NCBI GenBank assembly: GCA_043381765.1
Contig: JBHJMP010000866.1
Location: 1 to 38,857 of the forward strand
Source: Collodictyon triciliatum
Lineage: Eukaryota
Reading direction: 5' to 3'
Length of the DNA stretch: 38,857 nt
Shown here: one piece after another, positions 12,701-24,704 of the stretch
How the letters are laid out: every line of letters starts with the position of its first letter
Position numbering within the stretch: the stretch's first letter is position 1
The notes under the pieces: generated by a model
The model's database searches: none
The model's input: only the letters and a program-made list of their open reading frames with translations
What the model was told of the DNA's origin: nothing
Made by a program: the position numbers and the translations under genes

Positions 12701-15700
12701 CTTGCATATATTGCTCGACGTAGGCTTTTTCATCGGCCCTGGATTGTGCCATGGAAATACAAGAAAACTACGGAGAAACAGTTCTAAACAACACAAAAAT
12801 CAGTCTGCGTGTTGGGGTCGGAGTTGGAAAGATTTATCAGCTGCTTATAGGAGGTGTCAAGGTATGGATATTAATGGGACATTTATCGATTTCATACTCA
12901 CACCCTTCAGTGGTTTTTAACATTTGAAGTTACTTGTCTGATTCAATGAGCTTTCTCATGTAAAGGTCATGCAGCAAGGTTCTTTACGGCAATATTTTTG
13001 TTTTACACCAGCTTCTTAATGTCATCATTTACATAGGGCGTTTGGCATAACCCATTGGCCGGAGATGTTCTTTCTTACTTAAAGAGGGCAATATCATCAT
13101 GCCCGGCAGGTAGCACTGAAAGTCGCATATTTTAAGCAATTGCTCTCTTCGTTGACCTGCGTGGTATTTCTACAAAGACATTATTTTCATTCAGTCTGAT
13201 TGTCGTAGACAAGGAGTTTATTTACTATCTGTTGTTTTGGTTTCTAGGCCAGGTGGTTGTGCCTTCAGAATGCTGGCAATACGCAGTTGGCTGTCAAGGA
13301 AATAAGGTCTCGTGTGGTGAATGGGTTGTCACAGCTGCAGCTCCAAAGACTGGGGCAGCCGTGAGGCCATCGACAACTAGAGCAACGCCTGATATTATTG
13401 ATGTAAAAGACAAAAGCAAACGCCTATTTCTTTTGTTTTCTTTCCCTCTCAAACTCATGTTCCAGTTCACACAGCTGTCTTTAATTTTCGGTCACTCTGT
13501 TAATTTATTTTATCTTGTTGGGTCCAGAATTTGAAGCCATTTATACCGTCATGTGTTCACGGGGCGTTGGAAGATGGTTATCAGGAGCTACCATGTGCCT
13601 TTAGGCGAGTAACATGTGTGCATCTGATGATATCTAATCTGGGTTATGGTAAATCAGAGGTGATTCTTTTCTTATGATATGCCTCGATTTTCTATCCCCT
13701 TAAAATTGATTATCTGCTTTATATTACATCCTGTGGATCTCTTGAAAAGGACTAAGAATAAATTGCAACGGGCAATATTTCATTCTAGACTCCTGATTGC
13801 TTCCGCTATCACCAAGTTGTTACAAACATTCAAAGAATATTCTACCATGCCGGTGGCATGATTCATTCTATCTTAATTGAAAACAGACAAACAGTACTGG
13901 TCATTCTATTTGGAATCCCGCCAAACGCCTACACTGGTTAGTTCATAATTTATTTATTTACTTGTTCATTTATTCACTTACTTTTTTTTTACTTACCATT
14001 AATTCAATCAGATTCGTCTGTTATCATCACCATTTTCTGCCATAGATACCTGATATCAATTTCAATGTTTTATTTTGAATAATTAATGTCACTGTACTTT
14101 AAGATGACCCTGCACGTGCTGTAAAGGCATCTATTCACGCTAGAAACGCCTTAAGTGAAGCCAGGTACAGCCTCACCATCGGAATAAGGTTCGTGGTGTT
14201 TTGATTCATCGAGCTTTGATTATTAAGCAAGAAAGTTCCGTTAAATAACACTGTCGTTTAATCCTTAAATCTTGGCAAACACTTCGACACTTTTCTCGAA
14301 TAAAATAACGACTCAGCACTGGCGGCGTGTTTTGCGGTGCTTTGGGTGTACCTCGAATCAGAGAGCAATTTACTATTGTAATTGAATTATTTTGTCCTGT
14401 TCTTTTGTCCCTTTTTCCTGTTCTTCTCTATAATCCTGAATATTTAATTTAAAACATCATCATCATCAATATCGCCATCATTGTCTCAAACTGAGCCAAA
14501 ATCATTCGTTCGACCCATTAGATTGGGAACAGTCCAACACTGGCAGCCATGCTTTCCAGTGTGGCCGACGAGCACGGAGGTGTTATTGTTGATGAAAAAA
14601 CATATGAACTGGCTCTAGGTAGCTGCTATTTACCACCTCGCTCCATCGAGTCAATATTATGCTGTTGAGATTGATCTCTCAAAAGATTCCGAAAATTAGA
14701 AGAACCCACAGCTATTTTTCATCTTAACTTATTTAATAAACACATGAAAAAGGGGAGGTTGACTTCGAGTCCAGAAAGGCGACCCTTTTAGAGGGATTGT
14801 TCTTCCCTGTTCCCATATACCGCCCAAAAGGCTTCGAGTTTATCGCAGGCTATGACCAGAAAATCATAGCCAGAGACGAGGAAAAAGCGCTCATTCGCCA
14901 TGAACTCAGACTTCTCTTGCAAGGAGGCGACGGAAAGGTATTTTGAAACTGTTTGTCTTATCTTAAGACTATTCCAAAATACTGTTCTCCGTACTTTGAT
15001 ATCCTTGGTAATTATTCGGACATCAAAGGGTATTCCCTGCAATCAAAGGTGCTGTCTCGCTGGACTTCTTACCCAGATACTGGCTCATCTGTGCGTATGG
15101 CACTAATCAAACTCTCTTTCTTCCATCTGTTTCTTCTGATAGGTAATTGTATTAGAGGGAGACAAGGGCGTGGGAAAGACCGCTCTTTTGCTCTTTGCCC
15201 TGGAGCAAGCAGAGGGATTTTCCATCAGGCATCTGAGTACAAGTGCAGAGCACATGCCTGCCGCTCAAATGAAGCCTTTTGCTCCGTTCTCTGTAATCAT
15301 ACGGCAGATATTTGGTGTTAGTACCATATCTAATTTGCCTCAAAAAAAAAGCCGAGTTACTTAATTATTTGCCATAGGGCCAGGGCGTTGATGATGGCGT
15401 GATTCGTGACAATTTGATGATGACCCTGAAGAGCGAGTCATCAAAGAAATGGGTATCTCACTTAATTTTTGCAATAAATGCATATTGTATTGAATTAGAA
15501 TTTGCTGAGTGTTTTTACTTGGTAATTTGTTTCCCTTTTTAAGTTTAGCGAATTAAAAGCCTTTATTTCTATTATTCGATTACTTAGCTTCATCTGGCCT
15601 GCTTACTGAACTATATCGATACTTTCAACATTCCCGTAACAAAACACTTCATGGATTTGGGTGATAAGGAAAAATACAATCTCCTACCAGAGCTGCTTTT

Positions 15701-16681
15701 TTTTATTTTGAAGAAGTATTCTGAAGAAGGTCCGTATCTGATTTGCTTTGATAATGCCCAAGACTTGGATAGGTAGCATTAATTTTAAAAAATTTGATTG
15801 TTTTTTTTTCTTTTTTATTTTTGTCACAATATCTTTTCTTTGTATGGAGCAATGGTCAAATTTTATCATCCTGAAAAGGGGCTCTTGGGAGGTACTGCTT
15901 TCTCTTTCACGGAGAGTCCCAAGAATCCTAGTCATCCTCGCAAATCGGCCCATGAGGACGCCACCTCCTTACTATGGCCAAATATTGCGCTTGCCCAACG
16001 CCACAGAACGCATCATCAATCGATTGACACCCGAGCAAGTCATGATTCTGACTTCGAAGCACCTTGACATCGAGGTGATGACATCTTCACATTTATGGAA
16101 TCCTTGTGAACAGTCCTGCTTTAAACATGTCATCTTCACCTATGCCAAACAGCTAGCTTCTAAACCGAGTTTGTAAGCTTATTTGGTAACTAAAACATGT
16201 AGACCTTGCCTGAAGAATTACGTGACCCGTTGGCTAAGTGCCGTGGAAATCCGCTTCTGGTTGAGGAAGTTTTAGAAGCACACAGAGTGCGTCACGATTT
16301 CATACAATCATATATAAGGAGCATCATAATCTATGCATGCTTACCATTTCCAAAGTCATGCAGTTATCTCTAAAAAAAAAAGAATTGTTTGCTTCATACT
16401 TTAAAGCCCTTATGTAGTATTTTTAAGATGGTGAATGTCGGATGTAAATTGATTCAAATATATTCCACAATTATGACATCTGAAAAACTCTCCCTAATAA
16501 GATTGCAAAGGCTGCACAAAAGGTGGTAGAAAAGCCTCCCTCCATTCTGGACAACCTCCCTGTGTCGGTGGCACTCGAAATGGAGCCCATCAACTCAGGG
16601 TCGAAGGAATTCGACCGCTTCTTAAAATCTCTGATTACGCCGGGCTCCTTCGTAGGCGGAGTTAAACCGGGTCCGAAGTAA
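9763..16681 (+). CDS. Soluble adenylyl cyclase (ADCY10/sAC)-like protein: tandem class III cyclase domains + STAND-type P-loop NTPase; cyclase active site degenerate
   Basis: ATG 9763 (MASSKSRRPESRGVN|gtaagt) joins in phase to the exon at ~10110. C1 domain: ASHVPQLLIRQF..ASVLYINILG|YEPMAEK..GGD|IVSLTGEDITAVF..LRVGVGVGKIYQLLIGGVKG. C2 domain: LKPFIPSCV..RRVTCVHL..LVILFGIPPNAYT|DDPARAVKA..TIGI|STGGVFCGALG..REQFTI|IGNSPTLAAML. Walker A VIVLEGDKGVGKT (15143-15181), Walker B PYLICFDNAQDLD (~15732-15770), STAND GNP motif RGNPLLVEEV (~16242-16271). Last exon 16502-16681 ends in TAA. Confidence 0.8.
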
Positions 16682-17187
16682 CGGTGTCACAAGTCGACAT
16701 TGTCATGTGCAAAGCAATTATGTTGGGCCTTCTTTCCGTGTATTGTATGCATACATCCTGATTACGAAGCTGATAGCAAGTTCCTTGGACTGTCTCTGGG
16801 CAGACCAGTCTCATTCCTAAACCGAGCTCTGGGACATATTCCTGATTAATTTTTGGTGTGGTGTAGAAACTGCGCTGTGGTGTTTCCATTGTGATTTTGC
16901 ATTTCTTTTATTGTGTTTATATCAATTAAAATCCTTCCTCCCTTTACCATTATTTAATCATTCTTGATATATCCATGTATTTTTTTTTTACGACATTTAA
17001 GTAAAAATCTCGATTTTATGCTTCGAAAAGTGCCGATCCATAAGACACAAAACAATAATCGGTATCATTACCAACTTTTTTTTTTCAAGAAGAAAAAAAT
17101 AGTTTTCGAATCAAAATATCGTGGCAGAGTTCCACGGTCTCTTTTTATTCTTTCTCTTCTTCCAAGCCGTCTTGGCTTATCAACAAT

Positions 17188-17408
17188 TCACTCTTGGCAG
17201 ATACACTATGTAAAAAAGGGGGGGAAAACCAACATAAAAATCACCATTATTTCCAGAAAAAATGAGTCAAGATATAGATTGCGGCCACTGATGTCAGAAG
17301 ACTGGTGTGTGTTACATTTTCAAGAGCAGCGCTGACACGGCGCCGACCTAAGGCCTGATAACTTTCGCAGATATGAGTCGACCCTTCTACGACCGAGCCA
17401 GAAGGCAT
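17188..17408 (-). CDS. Putative two-exon micro-protein (36 aa): MPSGSVVEGSTHICESYQALGRRRVSAALEN|CICQE*
   Basis: GC-rich island between two convergent 3' ends. AAAAATG start at 17408, donor GTAACA after 17316, polypyrimidine tract + CATAG acceptor at 17206, TGA at 17190-17188. No recognised homology. Confidence 0.3.
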
Positions 17409-17686
17409 TTTTACTTCACCCTTCTCTGCCCACCGACCTTGTCCTTCGCACACGTATCGAGTGAGATGTTGTGATGAGAGAGAAGCAACGACAGAGCGCT
17501 GTCGCTATTATTGTTATCTATTGTTAGTTTTTTTTTTTTTTTTGCACTGATTGTCGAATTTTTTTTTTTCATTTTGCCTTCATTTTATTTTATTTTATCC
17601 TAAAGTTAGGGTGGCGGGTGTTTGTGTCGTATTCTCACAAGTGATTCCTTTCGACCTCCAAAGCGTATATCTTCACCTGTCATTGC

Positions 17687-20600
17687 CTAGCCAGTGTAGC
17701 TCAGAACAGTGTTATCAAGCTTTTCCTTGTAAGCCTCCAGCTTCCTCTTGATTTTCGCCATTCTTTCTCCATCACACCGCGATACGATGGCTCGGAATGC
17801 TCCAAAGACAGGCCTGATTATGTGCCAGACAAAAGGAACCAAAAACGCTGCAATAAAGCAGCCATTCAACCCGATGACTGCAAAGGCTATCCAATCATTT
17901 CCTGGGACGAGCTTCTGAACCAGCGCAGCGAAGAAGGATATATAAAGCAAGAGCCAGCAGTTGATGGAAAAGTTGTCATCTGATTCGAGAATGTACGGCT
18001 TGAAACGCGTTTGGAGTGTAATCGAAAACTGGTGGTTTATAAAGGGGATTTTAAAAGATATGGAGCAGTTGGCCTGTCAATTTGAATATTTTCAGGGGTG
18101 GGGAAAATAACCACAAATACCTGAATCAGGATGAAAAAGACAAAGTAAAGGATGGCCGGAGACGTGTACGGAACCACAAACGCCGCAAAGCTGAAGAATA
18201 TAGACTGAATCACACGGACGATGACCCACCAATCATGTCTCTGTGAATATAAATCTGGTCAACACTTTTGAAACCAAACAGGTAATTCTGTGTAAGAAGA
18301 AAAAGAAAAGAAAAGAAAAGAAAAGAAAAGAAAAGAAAAGAAAAGAAAAGAAAAGAAAAGAAAAAGAAAAAAGAAAAAAGAAAAAGAAAAAGAAAAAGAA
18401 AAAGAAAAAGAAAAAGAAAAAGAAGCCAAAAAGACAAAAAAGACAAAAAAGACAAAAAAGACAAAAAAAGACAAAAAAAGACAAAAAAAGACAAAAAAAG
18501 ACAAAAAAAAAGACAAAAAAAAAGACAAAAAAAGACAAAAAAAAGACAAAAAGACAAAAGTGTGGATAATGCGGCTGAAATTAACCTCTTCATAAACAGC
18601 TGAAAATCGGTCGATTTGAATCTGGCACATAAGGTGAATAGTGGATTGCGATAGGTCAAGTTCCTTGGATCCTTCCTTTTTTGAATTTGATTCTTCAGCA
18701 GTGTCTGCCTTTTGCTGTTCACCTGTTGATGATGGCCCTGCAGGTTCTTTCTCTTTGAAGTCATGGTTGACAGACAGACCACCTCCTGGACTCACAGGAG
18801 TAACATCTATCTCATTCATTTCTATGTCGATAGCTTTGCATTCAATGGTGGTCGATTTCTCCTAAAATCCTTTTATTAGTACGCATGAACTCACAGGAAA
18901 CATACTGAAAACGAAATGAAAGGACATACCATGTTTTTTTCGTTACCATCGTAATTGTGTTCATGTTGCCTCGATTTCCTCGCCCTAGCGACGATGTACC
19001 ACAGAAATCGAGGGTATGCAAACATGTAAATCATACCAGGAATCACAGCTAGCAGCATGAAAAGGTAGTTGTCTGTTACAGGGCTACACTGGATCCAGGG
19101 ATATGTATTCACAAACCACAAATCGAGCCCTTTGTCATACAAAGTACATCCGAATGTGCCGATGACATCTTGAACGACAGAAAAGTATGTTGCCTCGAGG
19201 AAAGTAAACATAACAACTACAACCTACATTGTTCATTATTTTGTTAAGGCCATATTCTTTAGCTGTTTTTGGAATAGAAAATTGTGTCGATTTATTTCAA
19301 TTGCGTATCTTTGGGCCGGTATAAATTTGATGAGCCTGATAACCTTTTCAACATTCTTGGTATCTCTCTTGGCCAGGACTTTCTTCAAAACAAGGAAGCC
19401 AACCAGCACAACCAAAGGAATTCGAGCCAAATTCAAAAGAGAAGTGTAGTGTGGCTTATTTCCAACCAAACACTCGAGAGTCGGCAACTTGAGCGAAAAT
19501 AGAGAACTGACAAACCTTCCAGCAGAGTTAACAAATGGAACAGATACAATATTCCCCAGAACTTGAAGAATTTGAGTGTAAAAAAGGAAAATATCTAAAG
19601 ATGCTGAAGTGAGGTGGTTTAGAATGCAAGTAAAGGCTAAAATAGTGAAGATTTACGATTACCTGAATCATGATTTTCTTCACTTTCATCATGCTCTTCT
19701 TTTGTGTCATCGACGTCCATACTTTCTTCGATCCACGCCAGTCCAACTTGATAAATCCCGCCAATAATTAGTAACACTATGAAAGCAACAACCTTGATGA
19801 CTGAATAATCAGACGAGCATTCATTGCATTCCCCACTCTCGAATAGGTATCCATCCTCACAAGAGGAACAATCTCTCCCGGTGTACCCTTTTTCACAGGG
19901 GAACTCATAGGAGCCATTATTAATCTGCATTCTCACATTCGTCTCATCCTTGACAAGAAAGTTACAGACGTCTGGATTCAAGCAGGGAACTAGGTCGACA
20001 ACCCTCGTGATGTTTGGTGTGAAGTAGCACCTTCTCAATGTGATTCCATCACTGCAGTCGCATTCTGTCGGGCATTTCATGCAATTATTTCCAAAGCCAA
20101 AAAATCCTGGTAAGCATTTGCATAGTCCGTAATCGTAGTAATTTGGATTCATATCAACATCAAGTATGGCTGATCCGAATGTGGATATGATTGAAGGGCA
20201 CGTGTACGAGTCTGCAGTTTTTTCCAAAGTATATGAGTTCGTTTGATTCATAAATGAAGGAATGAAGTTGGCTATTCCATGATTCATGGAAGTGTTTTGA
20301 ATTCCAAGGTATTCCAGGGACAGGAAGCGACTGTATGACTCAGGAATATTTCCCACAGTCGGGTTTCCTGAAACATCGAAATGTGTCCAACTGATGGGAT
20401 TTCCGGGTTCTCCAAGTTTGGTGATATTATTGTCTCTCAAACTAAATTTTTTCAAATGATCGCCCAGATATTCGAATATCTTCCAATTGAGCTCACCCGA
20501 GAATCGGTTGTTATCAAGAATGAGAGTATCGTAATAGTAAATAGGATCAGCACTAAAATTAATCACGAAAGATGCAACATCACCTGAGAAAATATTGTTT

Positions 20601-23600
20601 GATAGATCTATTGTGCTAATATTGGGAAGAATCCAAAATCCAGCCGGTAGGCGCCCAGAAAATCGATTATTTGACAAAACTAATGTCTCAAGATTTTTGA
20701 AGTCTTGAAGCATTTTTGGTAATTCACCATCTAATTTATTAGATGAAAGTATGATTGTCTTGATAGAAGGGATGGCCCAATCAGATGGAACAGAACCAGT
20801 CAATAAATTTTCGCTGATATCTAGAACCGACAAGTAACTGTGCCTGAATGACGGGAGCGGGCCACTTAGTCTGTTCTTAGACACTAAAATTTCCTCTATA
20901 TGAGGGCAATTTTCAAAGTTGGGCAGCTCTCCGTCCAACTGATTATCAAATGTGTCCAAATATTTTAATCTGGGAAGGTTTGAAAATTTTCCAATCGTGC
21001 CTGGTTTCCCGAAATTGAAACAATCAATATTTCAATTTACAAAAAGAAACTTGAGTGATTATTGTCACATTACAAGTAATTTTACCCTCAAGTCGATTCT
21101 TTGATACGAATAAATACTCCAGATTACTCAGGTTCGAAAAATCGGGCAAAGTCCCTATAAGGTTCATGCGAAGTAAGAAAAAGTGGATACATCTCTAACC
21201 TTTTTGGAAAATTATAAAAACTATAAACCTGATAGAAAATTATCGGACAGGAATAACGCTACCAGATTTGGCATATTTTTGAAATCAGGTATTGGTCCTA
21301 ATGAAACGGGGAAGTAATTATATTCATAAAATACATAAAGATGTCAATCAATTATATTAAAGTGCATCACAATACTTGCCTTCCAATTCGTTGTAAAAAA
21401 GAAAAATGATCCTGATATTTTCTATCCCCTTAAAGTCAGGGATAGTACCTAAACATGAAGTAATAAGTTTTCAATGAAAGTCATGAATGAGTGCAGATGC
21501 TACTTCAAAAGTATGGCACCATTACCAGTTAATATATTGTCTGAAAAGTTTATGTCATGAACCACCGGAAGGTTCATGAATTCGGGTAAAGAACCTATTA
21601 GGATAATATAATATATGTATATATTATAACGTCAATGAATAGAAAATTATATATTCATTCTTATTGAATTACTACCGTTCAAACGATTATTCGAAAGATC
21701 TAGTGAGATACACCGAGGGATATTTTCAAAACTAGGAATTGAGCCTATAATTGAAACAAGACGTTGAATGCTTTTAATGTGAAAAAGGTGATGAGCAAAA
21801 TGGTAATTCCATATTTTACCATGCAATCTATTGTCAGAGAGGTTGATAATTTTTATGTTGGCGATGTGACTGAAATTTGGCATTTCTCCTATAGGAAAAT
21901 GTACTGTTTTGAAGGAAGGTGTGTAGTTGTGTATGGAGATTTAAATGGGTATCTGTGTTTTTTAAAAAGGAAATTTTCGTATTTAAGAAGATAAGAAAGA
22001 ATCAAAAATATTGATTTGCCATCGCACCGGTTATCAGATTAAAATGGAGGCTTAAATCAATCAAATTGGGAACAAACTCAAAGTCGGGAAGTGTTCCTAC
22101 ATGATAAGGGAATTATGTGATAAACAATAAACTAGATATCCATCAATGTCGCATAGAAAACCCATGAGCACTATTAAAAGGAAAAATCCGCTTTCACCTG
22201 TCAATTGGTTATCAAACATAGTGATGTTTTGGATATTGGGTACACCACTGAAATTAGGTGTCGTGCCTGTAGTAATTAAAATGTGCTGATATGTACAAAT
22301 GTGACTTCTTTAATCATCGGGTCGATTTTTTTTTTAAAAAAAAAAAACTACCAGACAATTTGTTCAAGAATACATTGATCACGATAACGTTTGGTATTCT
22401 ATTGAAATCGGGTATTGTTCCTGAGAAAAATATTTGTTAGTATTGAAAAAGTGGAATATGCACTTAGATTTGATCATTAATAGCACCTGTCAGCTGATTA
22501 ACGAATAAAAATATCATTCGAACATTAGCTAAGCCGCTGAAATTCGGTATTGTTCCTAAATTTCATGTGTTAAATAATGAAGATAATACCCGAGGCCATT
22601 TTTCTATCAACATTTTTTTGTTGGATATAGGACGTTACGTGATATACATAAACTGATTACCTTTCAATTTATTGATGGAAAACTGAATGTAAAGTACATT
22701 CGGAATATCAGAAAAGTCTGGCACCGTACCTATTCAAGAGATGTCTAAGGGGCTGAATTTGTGTTAGTTAATTATATAACAGCAAGCTGACCAATCAGTT
22801 GATTATCTTCCAGCCTGATATATTGGATGTTTGGAAGTCCACTGAAATTTGGGATTGTTCCTAAAGTAAATTCATTAGTGCATTGAATCATAAGAAAATT
22901 GTGTATTCCAAATTTGTAATTCTCACCGGACAGCTTGTTCATAGAAAAATCAAAAGTAATGATATTTTGTACGCCGTCGAAGTCAGGTATGGTTCCTCAA
23001 AAGATAAAGTAAGAATATTTGAATTGAATGAAATGAGAGGTTCTATGTCACTCAATCAATAAGGTATTTACCAGTAATTTGATTATCCATTAGGAAAATA
23101 TATTGAATATGGGGTAAGCCACTAAAATTTGGAATTGCTCCTGTATGTAGAATTGAGTATGTTAAAATGAAGGTAGTATTTCCCATAGCGAAATTGGACA
23201 AATAATTTAATATTTTCTTATACTCAACAGATAATTGAATATAGTTAATAATCCTACCTCTTAATTTGTTAAGAGAAAGATCGACGTAAATCACATTCAT
23301 AATCCCAGAAAAGTCGGGCAGCGTACCTAGAAATAAGTCATTAGTATTGTTGAACATACCTTCAAGATTCAAACCAAACGTCAAACTTACCAATCAGTTG
23401 ATTATCTTCCAGCCTGATATATTGGACGTTTGGAAGTCCACTGAAATTCGGGATTGTACCTGAAGTAAATTGATTAGTTTGTTATATCAGGAGAAAGTGG
23501 TATACATCTGATAAGGTATTTACTATACCAGATAGGCTGTTATTGGAAACAAAAATGCTAATTATATTATATATCCCACTGAAGTCAGGAATAGTTCCTA

Positions 23601-24670
23601 AACAAACAAAAAATTACGCGGTGAGGATAATCTGGAAATATATATGGATGAAGACACGAAATTCGCACTTGATAAGCATCAAAATTAGGAAATCATGTTC
23701 TGAAACAACCTGAAATTTTGTTATTCGAGAGGTCTATTTGGCTCAGATATGGAAAGCTAAAGTCAGGTAGGGTTCCAAAGATCGAGTTTGAACTCAAGTC
23801 AAGTTCCAACAAGAGTACAAAATTTTGAATAATTGGCGGTAACAGTCGAATGTCTCCATAAAGATTGTTGTTCGACATCAGTATATGTGATATCGGGCAT
23901 GTATTTTCCTGATTTTGAAATAGCGTGATGAAAAATATATCACATTAAAAATGAAAGAAAGCTTTGAAAGATGAATTTGTATGGGATTCTATCAATACGA
24001 AATCATACGAAATAATCCTCAATGGAGCAGAAAGAGTGACAGGCAATTCCATTCCAAAAACATAATGGAATGGTTTCATCCTTCCATCCATCCTTATTTT
24101 TCCAATTATCCCCTCCAAGTAAATCATAAAAAAAGTACAATAGTTCAAGCTGTCCGATTTCTTTCCTTTTTGGGTTATTTTCTATGGGGTGGCTGCCATT
24201 TTTACTGTAAGCTGAATAAAGGTCTGATAGTTGTATTGCATGGTCTTCTTCGATCTGATTGTGCGATTTTCTCAGTTTGTTACCATATAGACTATCAGGT
24301 TTATCGGCATATATTTCGCCACCGTTCTCATTCAGAAAACAATTTGAACTCTCCAGATAATTTTGTTCAAGGTACAAAGAACTAGCACATGTCTCTTCGT
24401 AATATTTGAGTAGTATTTCAAGCGCGTCTTCAGGTTTCATGGACAAAATCTCATCTCGAGTGTATTGACATCTAGAACTGAAGGATATGTGTTAGAAATC
24501 TGAGGAGAAGGAAGACATCAGGGTAATCCATCAAAGCAAACCTTCGAGAGGAGACCGCAAGAGAAATCAGGGACACAAGCACCATAATTGAAAGGAGGAT
24601 AGTTATGCTTTTCAAACGAAAGCTACTTGATTTCTTTCCTCCATTATTTACGTTGTGTGACCTGTATTAA

Positions 24671-24704
<34 letters not shown>

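Noticed and set aside
14999-15006. ATATCCTT resembling a U12 AT-AC donor
   Set aside because: It lies inside an ordinary GT-AG intron (14938-15142) whose flanking exons already join in frame.
16783-16816. Minus-strand ATGA-GACTG..CAGTC hairpin as a possible SECIS for the micro-gene UGA
   Set aside because: No matching 3' GA of the kink-turn quartet and no apical AA; stem geometry is wrong.
18210-18782. Overlapping low-complexity ORFs and an apparent frameshift in the receptor
   Set aside because: Resolved by a microsatellite-filled intron (GAAGAG|gttaat ... cacag|AGACAT), which gives YEE|RHDWW in frame.
21086-23597. CRISPR-like repeat-spacer periodicity (~135-200 bp)
   Set aside because: The repeats are degenerate protein-coding exons with splice sites and the spacers are introns; the context is eukaryotic and no cas genes are seen.
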